Shown here: piece after piece, positions 9,684 to 19,362 of the stretch
Layout of the letters: each line of letters opens with the position of its first letter
Position numbering within the stretch: the stretch's first letter is position 1
Assembly (NCBI GenBank): GCA_019423835.1
Contig: JAHZAR010000004.1
Location: 813 to 64,812, forward strand
Source: Clostridiales bacterium
GTDB taxonomy: Bacteria > Bacillota > Clostridia > Lachnospirales > Lachnospiraceae
Direction: 5' to 3'
DNA length: 64,000 bases
Made by a program: the position numbers and the translations under genes
The notes under the pieces: model-generated
The model's database searches: none
The model's input: the letters and a program-made list of their open reading frames with translations, nothing else
Told to the model about the DNA's origin: nothing

Positions 9684-10379
9684 ATGATTATATCAGGTTT
9701 ACAGAAAACAACGCTTCTCGACTATCCGGGCCATGTGGCCTCCACGATTTTTTTAGGAGGCTGCAATTTCCGCTGCCCCTTCTGCCATAACGGAGATCTG
9801 GTGGACGGCCCGTGGGATGCCCCCTTTGACCCGAAGGAGGTTCTGGCTTTTCTGAAAAAGCGCTCCGGGCTTCTTGAGGGAGTCTGCATTACAGGAGGAG
9901 AACCCACTCTTCATCCCGATCTGGCGGAACTGATTCAGAGCATACGAAGCCTTGGCCTGTCCGTCAAGCTGGATACAAACGGCTACCGCCCTGATGTCCT
10001 GAAAGATCTCTGCCGCAGAGGACTGATCGACTATGTAGCCATGGACATCAAGGCCGGCCGCGGTAATTATGCAGCCGCAGCCGGCCTTCCCGGCATTGAT
10101 ATAAGGAAAATAGAGGAGAGTGTCTCCTTCCTGCTCTCAGACTCTGTTCCCTATGAATTCCGCACCACCGTAGTGAAGGAGATTCACTCAGAACACGACT
10201 TTTACGATATCGGCAGATGGATTCAGGGCTGCAGAGCCTACTACCTTCAGAGCTACAAAGATTCCGAGCAGGTTCTCGTTTCAGGCTTTTCTGCCTGCAG
10301 CCGCAAGGAGCTTCTCCATTTCATGGACATTGTACGCCCTTATGTGGATCACGTGGAGCTCAGAGGCGTCGACTATTAA
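9684..10379 (+). CDS. Anaerobic ribonucleoside-triphosphate reductase activating protein (radical SAM, NrdG-like)
   Basis: GLQKTTLLDYPG, CNFRCPFCHN, TGGEP and KLDTNG motifs; ATG 9684 after GAGG. Confidence 0.85.
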   Translation: MIISGLQKTTLLDYPGHVASTIFLGGCNFRCPFCHNGDLVDGPWDAPFDPKEVLAFLKKRSGLLEGVCITGGEPTLHPDLAELIQSIRSLGLSVKLDTNGYRPDVLKDLCRRGLIDYVAMDIKAGRGNYAAAAGLPGIDIRKIEESVSFLLSDSVPYEFRTTVVKEIHSEHDFYDIGRWIQGCRAYYLQSYKDSEQVLVSGFSACSRKELLHFMDIVRPYVDHVELRGVDY

Positions 10380-10390
10380 ATGCCTCCCTC

Positions 10391-12307
10391 TCACTCGCCC
10401 ACACGGATATCCGTATACCAGTACCCGAAGCAGTCATCGCCGGATGGCTGCTTTTTTGACAGCACGAAATCAGGGAAGCCAAACATGGAGGCCATGTACT
10501 TTTCATTCGGGTGATAGTGACCGGGAACTCCCAGCAGGTATCTTGGCTCTCCCTCCGGATTTTCCAGTCTGGCCAGGATCAGATAGCGGTAGCTGTAATA
10601 TCCGTGAAGCAGAAAGCTGTTGTTCCCAAACACCCATACCTCCCGAGGCAGAAGTCCGATATCCTGAGGCTTAATCGTCAGGATCTCACAGCCGTCATCA
10701 TAGTCAAAGGCCAGAATCTTCGGATATTTTCTGCGCAGCCTCGCCCACATTCTCTGGTGGCTCAGTGTATCCGGATCCTCCAGATCCAGGGGCATAAACT
10801 CTTCCGGCTCCCGGACATTGCCCCCCATTTCCTCTCTTCCCCTGTCTGCCCGCCTGGATTCCTGTCCCCGGTTAACTCCGGACGGCAGTTCCTGGCTTGT
10901 GTTTTTCTGCCTTTCACCCATTGCCGCCCCTGCCGGTACAGTCCCCACGCCGCTTCCGCTGCTGAACACCCGGCCGTTCAGCTGTCTCGCCCATTCTCCT
11001 GCGCTCATGCTCTCCCGTGGTCTTTTCCTGGAACGGGCTCTTCCATAGGCAGGCTGCTCCTTTTGTCCTGTCAGGGGATCTGCTGCACTGTCTCTGTCAG
11101 TCTTTGGATTTTTTTCCCTTACGAAGGCCCCATTGACCGGAGGAACCGAGCGTCCGATCAGGCGGGCTCTGATTCCGCTCTGCAGTTCTCCCGCCGCCGG
11201 GCCAACGGCCCGGCGGCCCGGCATAATAACGAACTCCTCCGAATAGGTCCTGCTCTCCCTCTGTTCAGGCGCAGCCTCCATCTGCCTTACTATTTCCCTG
11301 CCGTCTGCTCCATATCCGCTCCCGGCAGAATCCGGCAGCCCGCTGTTCTGCACACCGGCTTCTGTCTGCGCCGGCTCGGCCGATGGCTCCTGTCTCTCCT
11401 CTGCGCCCTCGCTGTCCGTTCCTTCCCCGGCGGCCAATTCCTCCTTCTGAATATTCTCCTGGTTCTCCGCCTGCCCTATCTCCTCAGACCCGACGGCCTC
11501 TGTCATCCGCCCGCCAGTTTCTGTCATCAGTCCGACGTCTCCCGTCATCCGCCCGCTGGCTTCCGTCCACACACGTTCAGCCTGCTCCCCCCTCTGTCCT
11601 GTCGTGCCGGCCATCACCGGCTCGCCGGCCGATCCCCGGACTGCCCGGCTCTCCGGTCCGCCTGGCCTGCTCTCACCATTTGTCCCGGAATCTGCCGGAT
11701 TTTTCCCGGTCCCGGCAAAAGAGACTGCCCCGTCACTCTGTTTTCCCTCCTGAGTGCTGACTCCCGCTTCTCCTCTCTGCTGTGCGCCCCCCTGTTCTAT
11801 CGCGTCCTCCCTGGCAAGCTCCTTCTCAATCTCTCCGGCGATCGGCAGAGCCAGTTCCGGCAGCATCTCTCCGCTCTGCTCCGTCTCTTCCCCCCTGCCC
11901 CTCTGCACATTTTCAGCCGTCACACCGGCCAGATCCACAGCCGCAGCGTGGGCCACTGCATCCTCCCACACAGTTGTGTAGGTTCGCCAGCCGCTCTCCA
12001 CATCATGAATCGTCAGTCCGTGGAATTCCTCCAGCGTTTTCTGGCTTCCCTCCACATTGCCAGCATTCAGGACAGCCCTGAATTCTCCCGCTCCGTTTCT
12101 GGCAAATAGAGTTCCTATTCTGAACTCTCCGTCCTCTGACAGCAGATAAACCCCCAATGGGTTTCCGCCCACAAAGATCTTCTTGACATTGACGGTAAGA
12201 CGGCATTGACCGTTTCTCGTCTCCAGCTTGGCGAACCCTGTATTTTTTCCCTTGATTCCTCCCTCATATGTATAAATATATGATATTAGCCGCTGATAAT
12301 TAGACAT
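10391..12307 (-). CDS. DUF6128-like protein with a long low-complexity linker; probable sporulation protein
   Basis: Conserved-looking N-terminus (RLISYIYTYEGG..KNTGFAK) and C-terminus (NNSFLLHGYY..LLGVPG..MFGF); sigma-E-type promoter. Confidence 0.65.
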   Translation of the reverse strand: MSNYQRLISYIYTYEGGIKGKNTGFAKLETRNGQCRLTVNVKKIFVGGNPLGVYLLSEDGEFRIGTLFARNGAGEFRAVLNAGNVEGSQKTLEEFHGLTIHDVESGWRTYTTVWEDAVAHAAAVDLAGVTAENVQRGRGEETEQSGEMLPELALPIAGEIEKELAREDAIEQGGAQQRGEAGVSTQEGKQSDGAVSFAGTGKNPADSGTNGESRPGGPESRAVRGSAGEPVMAGTTGQRGEQAERVWTEASGRMTGDVGLMTETGGRMTEAVGSEEIGQAENQENIQKEELAAGEGTDSEGAEERQEPSAEPAQTEAGVQNSGLPDSAGSGYGADGREIVRQMEAAPEQRESRTYSEEFVIMPGRRAVGPAAGELQSGIRARLIGRSVPPVNGAFVREKNPKTDRDSAADPLTGQKEQPAYGRARSRKRPRESMSAGEWARQLNGRVFSSGSGVGTVPAGAAMGERQKNTSQELPSGVNRGQESRRADRGREEMGGNVREPEEFMPLDLEDPDTLSHQRMWARLRRKYPKILAFDYDDGCEILTIKPQDIGLLPREVWVFGNNSFLLHGYYSYRYLILARLENPEGEPRYLLGVPGHYHPNEKYMASMFGFPDFVLSKKQPSGDDCFGYWYTDIRVGE

Positions 12308-12328
12308 GCCATCACTCCTTTGCTATCT

Positions 12329-12358
12329 ATTGTATGCAAAGGGAAAAGCAAACTATGA
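12329..12358 (-). promoter_or_regulatory. sigma-E-type promoter
   Basis: TCATAGT-15 bp-CATACAAT, close to the B. subtilis sigma-E consensus. Confidence 0.7.
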
Positions 12359-12470
12359 CTGATGTTTGAAATTTTGTTCCGATCCAGGCCGGCTCTGCCC
12401 GTCAGGACTTCTCTTTACCTGAACGCCGGGCGGCGTATTTCCTGAGAGGAACAGGGAGTTTCCTGCAAAG

Positions 12471-12501
12471 AAAAAAAGAGCTCTGCCAAAGCAAAGCTCT
12501 C
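12471..12501 (-). terminator. Terminator of the tRNA pair
   Basis: GAGCTTTGC-TTTG-GCAGAGCTC hairpin followed by a T7 tract. Confidence 0.8.
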
Positions 12502-12509
12502 ATCATCAA

Positions 12510-12595
12510 TGCCGCAGACCGGAATCGAACCGGTACGAAGTTTAACCCTCGCAGGATTTTAAGTCCTGTGCGTCTGCCAGTTCCGCCACTGCGGC
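12510..12595 (-). tRNA. tRNA-Leu (anticodon TAA)
   Basis: GCCGCAG acceptor stem, CAGGA-CTTAAAA-TCCTG anticodon arm, long variable arm, GGTTCGATTCC; CCA not encoded. Confidence 0.96.
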
Positions 12596-12642
12596 ATCCC
12601 ATATGGCGTCCCAATCCGGGAAACAGCATTCTCATGCTGAAA

Positions 12643-12724
12643 TGGATGGAGGTGGATTCGAACCACCGAAGCGTGTCGCAACAGATTTACAGTCTGCCCC
12701 CTTTGGCCACTCGGGAATCCATCC
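12643..12724 (-). tRNA. tRNA-Tyr (anticodon GTA)
   Basis: GGATGGA acceptor stem, GCAGA-CTGTAAA-TCTGT anticodon arm, GGTTCGAATCC. Confidence 0.96.
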
Positions 12725-12747
12725 AGGCTGGTTTGTAACCGTGTTAG

Positions 12748-12776
12748 ATGATAACACAATTTCGGCAAAAAATCAA
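12748..12776 (-). promoter_or_regulatory. Promoter of the tRNA pair
   Basis: TTGATT-17 bp-TATCAT with an extended TG. Confidence 0.7.
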
Positions 12777-12867
12777 GCACTTTTCAAAATAAAATAGTAA
12801 CCATTCAGCCGCCCAGATACATACGGCAGGGCCGGGCTGCAGGCAGGAGGCTCCGGCCCGCCAGAAC

Positions 12868-15063
12868 CTAATCCTCCGCCTCCTGTTTTCTCACTGCCAC
12901 CAGGACAATGCTTCCCCGTGCCGGAACGGAAAGTCTTGCCATCCCATTCTTCACCTCATAGACGATTCGCCCGGCGTTATAGCCTTCCTCATAGGTCAGC
13001 ATCCGGCGGTGAAGCTCCATCTCATCTGTGATTCCCGCCTGCCAGACAGGGATTTCCACGTTTTTTTCCTCCATGGCAGTATTGACAGCCACCACTGCCC
13101 GGCTCTCCTTTTCCTCCCTCTCCCTGTAAAACTGCTCTGACAGCCGCCCTGTCTCTCCTGTCTCCAGACAGGAGAAGTCCGCTCTGGCGAAGTCTCTGCC
13201 CATGGCCTGTGCATGGCTTCCCGATTTCCAGCCCTCAACCGTCCTGGCATAGGCAATCAAATCCTGTTCTGCCAGCAGCTTTTTTACCGATCCTTTCCGG
13301 AAGGCTGGATACCGCTTATGGATCCCAGTCATATACCGGTGAAACTCGATCAGCTCCTGATCCTCTTTTCCCCAGGGGTAAGTCCTTCTGTTGTCCGGAT
13401 CCGTCCATCCACAGAGTCCCGTTTCATCGCCGTAGTAGATCGTGGGCGCTCCCGGCCAGGTCATGAGCATCACCACTCCCTGGCGAAATATGCCGTAGCT
13501 GATTCCCTCTGAGGCCGACTGGGCCCCGGCGCTGGCAAGACGGCCCACCCTGCGGTTCGTCCTGGTCATAAACCGGGAATGATCATGGTTGGAAAGCTCA
13601 TTCATGGCCGCCTGAATTGACTGGGTCTGCATCCTGCACATGTGGTAGCGCATCATATCAAAGAATGCCGTACCATTTCCAAAAAGCCCTTCATTAGCCT
13701 CATCGCTGTGCTTTTCCATTCCTGTCAGGAACCAGGAGACAGGCTCCATAAAGGCGTCATAATTCATTACCGTATCCCACTGGCTGCCATCCAGCCAGCT
13801 GGACGGATCACCGTAGTGCTCCGCCAGGATTACGGCCTCCGGATTTGCCTTCTTCACTGTATCTCTGAATTTTCGCCAGAACCTGTGGTTGAACTCGCTG
13901 CTCCTGCCCAGATCAGCTGCCACGTCAAGACGCCAGCCGTCGGCGTTAAACGGAGGCGAAACCCACTTTCTGGCCACATTCATAATAGCCTCGCAGAGCT
14001 GCTCCGACTCCTCATAGTTGAGTTTGGGAAGTGTCGAAAAGCCCCACCAGCCGTCATAGCTGTCATTAAAAGGCCAGCCGTCCTCATTGTTAAATTTAAA
14101 GTAGCTTCTGTACGGACTGTCAGCGGAAACATAAGCGCCCGGCTCATAATTTCCTTCGTGCTGGTAGAGGAGCTCTGCATCCATCCACTTGTTAAAAGAA
14201 CCGCAGTGGTTGAATACCCCGTCCACAATCACGCGGATTCCCTTTTCGTGGGCAGCTTCTATGAAAGCGGCAAAAAATTCGTCGCTGGCCTTCAGGTTTG
14301 CCATATCAGCCGTTCTTGTGGCATATTTGCCGGCCATATCATTGTCCATAGCGTCCGGAGCCACCAGCAGATCAAGATCCTCCTCGATCACTCCGTAGTG
14401 CGGATCGATATGCTCATAATCCTGGCAGTCATATTTATGATTGGACGGAGAGACAAAGACAGGATTTAAGTAGATGCACTCAACTCCCAGGCTTTTCAGG
14501 TAGTCAAGCTTATTCCAGACCCCCTTCAGATCCCCTCCGTAAAACCGGCCTACATCCAGGGTTCCCGGAAGCTCCTCCCAGTCGGTAACCCTCTGGACAG
14601 GGCTCCCGATATAGATATATTCATTGGTTTCCACATCGTTGGTCGGATCGCCGTTGCAGAAGCGGTCCACATATATCTGATATATGACTGCGCCCTTCAC
14701 CCATTCCGGCACATGAAAGCCAGGGATAATCTCAAAGGCATAGGAACCATCCGCCCTGTCCTCCGGTCCCAGACGGTTGTAATAACAGACTTCACTGCCC
14801 AGACGAATCTCAAAGCAGTAGGAAACAGGGCCTTCCCCTACTTCCATCGTTATCTCATAATAGTCAAACCGTCCTTCACTGAAAACACGCCTCATCCGCC
14901 TTCTCACCTTTGTCTCAGGCTCTATATAAAAAACGGAGTCTGCATTGTCCCGTCCTGTGCGCAGTCTGAGACAGACGGTGTCTCCTGTATCCGGCTCATA
15001 GGGACTCCTGTAATCCTCCGTCTCATCGCAGAACAACGCTTCCCTGTCAATCTTCATTATCAT
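12868..15063 (-). CDS. Glycoside hydrolase family 13 (neopullulanase/cyclomaltodextrinase-like)
   Basis: YQIYVDRF, GGDLKG, DGVFNH, GWRLDVA, NHD and IYYGDE motifs. Confidence 0.9.
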   Translation of the reverse strand: MIMKIDREALFCDETEDYRSPYEPDTGDTVCLRLRTGRDNADSVFYIEPETKVRRRMRRVFSEGRFDYYEITMEVGEGPVSYCFEIRLGSEVCYYNRLGPEDRADGSYAFEIIPGFHVPEWVKGAVIYQIYVDRFCNGDPTNDVETNEYIYIGSPVQRVTDWEELPGTLDVGRFYGGDLKGVWNKLDYLKSLGVECIYLNPVFVSPSNHKYDCQDYEHIDPHYGVIEEDLDLLVAPDAMDNDMAGKYATRTADMANLKASDEFFAAFIEAAHEKGIRVIVDGVFNHCGSFNKWMDAELLYQHEGNYEPGAYVSADSPYRSYFKFNNEDGWPFNDSYDGWWGFSTLPKLNYEESEQLCEAIMNVARKWVSPPFNADGWRLDVAADLGRSSEFNHRFWRKFRDTVKKANPEAVILAEHYGDPSSWLDGSQWDTVMNYDAFMEPVSWFLTGMEKHSDEANEGLFGNGTAFFDMMRYHMCRMQTQSIQAAMNELSNHDHSRFMTRTNRRVGRLASAGAQSASEGISYGIFRQGVVMLMTWPGAPTIYYGDETGLCGWTDPDNRRTYPWGKEDQELIEFHRYMTGIHKRYPAFRKGSVKKLLAEQDLIAYARTVEGWKSGSHAQAMGRDFARADFSCLETGETGRLSEQFYREREEKESRAVVAVNTAMEEKNVEIPVWQAGITDEMELHRRMLTYEEGYNAGRIVYEVKNGMARLSVPARGSIVLVAVRKQEAED

Positions 15064-15274
15064 TCCCTCACTCTCGCCCCTGTGCCCTGCAGCTGTCAGG
15101 CCCGCCTTGGCAGAATCCGTCTGTCTTCATGCACGCAGAGGGGCTGATTTTTGTTATCTTTCTCTTTATTTTATCCCATCCCATACCAATACACAACAGA
15201 AAAAGAGGTCTGGAGAACGCAAAAATGGCAGTTCAGGCTGACGCCGCAGAGCGGGAGACTGAACTGCCGAAAGT

Positions 15275-15305
15275 AAAAAGGCCAGCGGGGTAAGCTGGCC
15301 TTTTT
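15275..15305. terminator. Bidirectional intrinsic terminator
   Basis: AAAAAGGCCAGC-N7-GCTGGCCTTTTT perfect inverted repeat. Confidence 0.9.
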
Positions 15306-15372
15306 AGGAGAAGGTATTTCGTTTTTATGGGGTGTAGCAAAAACTATATAATGTATTGGGGGGGGTTACGTG
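15275..15372 (-). ncRNA. Candidate C-rich small regulatory RNA
   Basis: Own promoter-like element (15374-15410), no ORF, four C-rich motifs, strong intrinsic terminator. Confidence 0.6.
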
Positions 15373-15527
15373 TATTATAATAGCATAGGCGATAAAATAA
15401 GTGTGCACAAACATAAAAGAATTTCAAAGTCTTTTTTGTGCATATCGCGAACCGCCGCTGAAATCCCGCAAAACATCCGCCGCCATTTCGCACAAACGAT
15501 CAGAAGGTTCCCCGGAATGCTCTGTTT

Positions 15528-17375
15528 TCAGGCATTCTCAACCGTTTTTTCACCGTCCTCCACGGTTTCCTCAAACAGCTCCTCAAACTCGGCCTGACCA
15601 ATTTTTTCCTTTTCAAGAAGCAGCCTGCTGCACCGGTGCAGAACCTCCTCATGCTGCATGATAATCTCCTTTGCCTTCTTATAGCACTCGTCGATTATAC
15701 GCTTGATCTCCTCGTCAATCTTTGTGGCGACCTCCTCGCCGTAGCTTCTGGCATGGGCCAGATCCCGGCCGATAAATACCTCGCTGCTCTCACTTCCGTA
15801 GTTGATCATACCAATCCGGTCGGACATTCCGTACTCCGTCACCATGGCTCTGGCTATGGCTGTGGCCTGGCGGATATCCTGAGAAGCCCCGGCCGTGATG
15901 TCGTCAAATATCAGCTCCTCGGCAATTCTTCCCCCCAGGGATACCATAATCTGCTGGAGCATCCGGCCCCTTGTAATATACTGTTCATCCTTCTCCGGCA
16001 GAGGCATGGTGTAGCCTCCGGCTCCCGTACCCGTGGGAATAATGGAGACGGTGTGCACCGGCCCGACATCCGGCAGCACATGGAACAGAATTGCGTGGCC
16101 TGTCTCATGATAGGCCGTGATCTTCCTGTCCTTTTCCGACATAATCCGGCTCTTTTTCTCTGTTCCGATTCCCACCTTGATGAAGGCTCTGTCAATATCT
16201 TCCTGAATAAGATATTTCCGGTTCTCCTTTGCCGCATTGATCGCCGCCTCGTTCATCAGATTCTCCAGGTCAGCACCTGTAAAGCCCGCTGTAGTCTGAG
16301 CCACCCGGTGCAGATCCACGTCATCTCCGAGGGGCTTTGACCTGGTGTGGACTGCAAGAATCTCCTCGCGGCCTCTGACATCCGGCCTTCCCACTACCAC
16401 CTTTCTGTCAAAGCGGCCCGGCCTCAGAATAGCCGGATCGAGGATATCCACCCGGTTCGTTGCGGCCATCACAATGATTCCCTCGTTCACTCCGAAACCG
16501 TCCATCTCCACCAGGAGCTGGTTCAGGGTCTGCTCTCTCTCATCGTGGCCGCCGCCCATACCAGTTCCTCTCTGGCGGGCAACTGCATCGATCTCATCAA
16601 TAAATACAATACACGGAGCATTCTTCTTCGCATCCTCAAACAGATCGCGGACACGGGAGGCTCCGACTCCCACGAACATCTCCACAAAGTCTGAACCGGA
16701 GATGGAAAAGAAGGGAACTCCGGCTTCCCCGGCAATGGCCTTGGCTAAAAGGGTCTTTCCCGTTCCGGGAGGGCCGACTAGAAGCACTCCCTTGGGGATC
16801 CGGGCGCCGACGCCTGTATATTTCTGGGGATTCTTCAGGAAATCCACTATCTCCTCGAGCTCCTCCTTCTCCTCATTCAGTCCTGCCACATTTGTGAAAT
16901 TCACCTTGCTGTCGTGAGTCATCCTGGCTCTGCTTCTTCCGAAATTCATCATCTTGGCATTGCTTCCGCCTGCATTTCTGGCATTCATAAACATAAAAAA
17001 TGCCACCAGGATAACGGCGGAGAGAACAACCGGCAGAATAATATTCAGCATGTAGTTTTCTCTCGGAATGTCATTTACCTCATAGGGAACCCCTTCCTCC
17101 TGAAAATCTGAAGCAAACCGGCTCACACTCAGGACGTTTACCTCCTCCTGATCACCGGATTTCATCCAGAGCTTGAGCCGGCCCGTATCATTGTCGGCAT
17201 TGGGCAGAATCACTGCTCTCTCGATACTTCCATTTTCAAGTGCCACCAGCACATCCTGCTCTGTCATGGCCTCATTTCCCAGAAGACTGTTCGGTGTCTT
17301 CATCCAGACAATGCCAAGCAGAAAAAATGCCAGTAAGAGGAGGAGAAATCCTCCAAATGGCTGTCGCTGTTTCAA
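15528..17375 (-). CDS. ftsH: ATP-dependent zinc metalloprotease FtsH
   Basis: Two TM segments, [26 protein letters not shown]. Confidence 0.97.
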   Translation of the reverse strand: MKQRQPFGGFLLLLLAFFLLGIVWMKTPNSLLGNEAMTEQDVLVALENGSIERAVILPNADNDTGRLKLWMKSGDQEEVNVLSVSRFASDFQEEGVPYEVNDIPRENYMLNIILPVVLSAVILVAFFMFMNARNAGGSNAKMMNFGRSRARMTHDSKVNFTNVAGLNEEKEELEEIVDFLKNPQKYTGVGARIPKGVLLVGPPGTGKTLLAKAIAGEAGVPFFSISGSDFVEMFVGVGASRVRDLFEDAKKNAPCIVFIDEIDAVARQRGTGMGGGHDEREQTLNQLLVEMDGFGVNEGIIVMAATNRVDILDPAILRPGRFDRKVVVGRPDVRGREEILAVHTRSKPLGDDVDLHRVAQTTAGFTGADLENLMNEAAINAAKENRKYLIQEDIDRAFIKVGIGTEKKSRIMSEKDRKITAYHETGHAILFHVLPDVGPVHTVSIIPTGTGAGGYTMPLPEKDEQYITRGRMLQQIMVSLGGRIAEELIFDDITAGASQDIRQATAIARAMVTEYGMSDRIGMINYGSESSEVFIGRDLAHARSYGEEVATKIDEEIKRIIDECYKKAKEIIMQHEEVLHRCSRLLLEKEKIGQAEFEELFEETVEDGEKTVENA

Positions 17376-17387
17376 CGGTCTTCCTCC

Positions 17388-17912
17388 TTATACTTCCACC
17401 ACACCGATGTACGGCAGATTTCTATATTTCTGATCATAGTCCAGCCCGTAGCCCACAACGAACTCGTCCGGAATCGTAAAACAGGTGTATTTTACCTGAA
17501 CCTGCTTCTTCACGCGCCTCTCCGGCTTGTCAAGCAGCGTACACAGCTCGATGCTCTTCGGATTTCTCTGCTTTAACACCTCGATCAGATAAGCCAGTGT
17601 GCGGCCAGAATCAATGATGTCCTCCACAATGATTACATCCTTGCCCTCCAGAGGCTCGTCCAGATCCTTGACAATCTTCACGATTCCGCTGGATTCTGTG
17701 CCGGATCCATAGCTGGAAACCGACATAAAATCCAGAGACACCTCCAGGTCAAGACGCTTTGCCAGCTCACAGGTGAAGAACACGCCCCCCTTCAGAATAC
17801 AGATCAGGTGGACCGGACGTCCCTTATAGTCCCCGCTGATCTGGGCAGCCACTTCGCTGATCCTTTTATTTACCTCTTCTTCTGTCAATAAAACTCGGAT
17901 TTTGTCAGACAC
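17388..17912 (-). CDS. hpt: Hypoxanthine phosphoribosyltransferase
   Basis: ILKGG, VEDIIDSGRTL, FVVGYGLDY; GTG 17912 after GGAGG. Confidence 0.96.
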   Translation of the reverse strand: MSDKIRVLLTEEEVNKRISEVAAQISGDYKGRPVHLICILKGGVFFTCELAKRLDLEVSLDFMSVSSYGSGTESSGIVKIVKDLDEPLEGKDVIIVEDIIDSGRTLAYLIEVLKQRNPKSIELCTLLDKPERRVKKQVQVKYTCFTIPDEFVVGYGLDYDQKYRNLPYIGVVEV

Positions 17913-19305
17913 GGTTTGTACCTCCATCTAATTGTACTTTTAAGATTCTCTCAGTCTGTTCCGTTACCTTATAGTATTCGCTGATTCTTCCCCCGATCAT
18001 CCACAGAACATGGCTTCCCTCAGCCAGCAGAGGAATGCTTCCCCTCCTCTCCCGCGGAATTTTTTCATCGATAAACAAGGATTTCAGACTCTTTCGTCCC
18101 CCTCCCTTCAGGGTAATATAATCCCCTGGAAGGCGGTACCTGACAGATAACGTATCTTTTATTTTATCATAGTCAAACCATTTCGTATACCTGTTTTTGG
18201 GAATTTCAGCCTGATTTTCCCGGGGGATTACTTCCATTGAAAGGCGTGGAAGGCCGGCTGCCTCTGCTGCCCCTTCTCCTTTTTTCAGAACCAGGCTTCC
18301 ATAGACCCGCTCTGCCCTCACGCCCCCCGGCAGATCCACCCCTGCCCCCGTTCTCCCGTCCAGCAGAGCTAAAACAGATTCAATATGGCCGGAATCAATA
18401 TTTCTGAGAGGCCATTTCAGCTCTGAAAACGCTTCCCGGATTACATATCCCTGTTCAATATGCGCCAGACTCCCGAGGGCTGAAACAGGCAGAGCCAGCA
18501 GATTCTCCTCCTGTCCGGGAGCCGGCTGAACTCCCTCCTTTTTCAGAAACACCTCTGCCCTCTCCCGGAAAAACTGATCTGCTTCCCCTATCATCTCCCC
18601 GGCCTTTAAAATATGCTCCACGGCACCCCGGTTGATCTCCTGAACCGCCATGGGAAGAATCTGATTTCTCAGCCGGTTTCTCGTGTAATCATTCAGAAGG
18701 TTCGTGGAATCCGTCACATAGGAAAGACCCTTTTCTTTCAGATATTCCAGAATCTCCTGTCTGGAAACACATAAAAGGGGCCGGATGACCCGTCCCCGCA
18801 CCGGCGCAATTCCGGCAAGCCCCCTGAGGCCGCTTCCGCGAAACAGATGATAGAGGATAGTTTCCGCGCTGTCATCCCCATGGTGGGCAACTGCTATACG
18901 CACAGGAAGTGCCGCTCCCTCCTCTTCCAGTTCCTCCGCTTCCCACCTCACCGCCTCCTGCTCAAAGGCCTCATACCTGAGAAGCCGGCCCGCTTCCTCC
19001 TGGGAAATCCGGTGCTTTGCCGCCTCCTGACGCACATTCTCCTTTCTTAAAAGAAACGGAACTTCCATAGCCCTGCACAGCTCTCCGGCAAAACCGGCGT
19101 CTCTGTCCGCCTCCTGTCCTCTCAGTCCATGATGGACGTGCACGGCTCTCAGCCGTATGGAAAGCCCGGTTCTCATATCTGCAAGAAGGCTCAGAAGACA
19201 GACAGAGTCTGCACCTCCGGAAAGGCCCACCAGCACCCTCTGCCCGGCTTTCAGCATTCCGTTTTTTTCCATGTACCTGAGAACCTTTTCTCTCATTCTA
19301 TCCAT
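17905..19305 (-). CDS. tilS: tRNA(Ile)-lysidine synthetase
   Basis: SGGADS PP-loop, HHGLRG, RPLL, RNRLRN; tilS-hpt-ftsH synteny. Confidence 0.95.
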   Translation of the reverse strand: MDRMREKVLRYMEKNGMLKAGQRVLVGLSGGADSVCLLSLLADMRTGLSIRLRAVHVHHGLRGQEADRDAGFAGELCRAMEVPFLLRKENVRQEAAKHRISQEEAGRLLRYEAFEQEAVRWEAEELEEEGAALPVRIAVAHHGDDSAETILYHLFRGSGLRGLAGIAPVRGRVIRPLLCVSRQEILEYLKEKGLSYVTDSTNLLNDYTRNRLRNQILPMAVQEINRGAVEHILKAGEMIGEADQFFRERAEVFLKKEGVQPAPGQEENLLALPVSALGSLAHIEQGYVIREAFSELKWPLRNIDSGHIESVLALLDGRTGAGVDLPGGVRAERVYGSLVLKKGEGAAEAAGLPRLSMEVIPRENQAEIPKNRYTKWFDYDKIKDTLSVRYRLPGDYITLKGGGRKSLKSLFIDEKIPRERRGSIPLLAEGSHVLWMIGGRISEYYKVTEQTERILKVQLDGGTNRV

Positions 19306-19362
19306 CCTCTCTCCTCTTTCGTTCTGTCTCCTGCCCCTCATGCTTCCGTCTGCTGTCCGTAT

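Noticed and set aside
10511..12109. 532-aa plus-strand ORF (and similar long antisense ORFs at 7047-8090, 41192-42190 and 51555-52778)
   Set aside because: Shadows of real minus-strand genes; no recognisable motifs
12402..12797. Short ORFs and a possible integration site at the tRNAs
   Set aside because: The ORFs overlap tRNA genes; no duplicated tRNA 3' end or integrase seen
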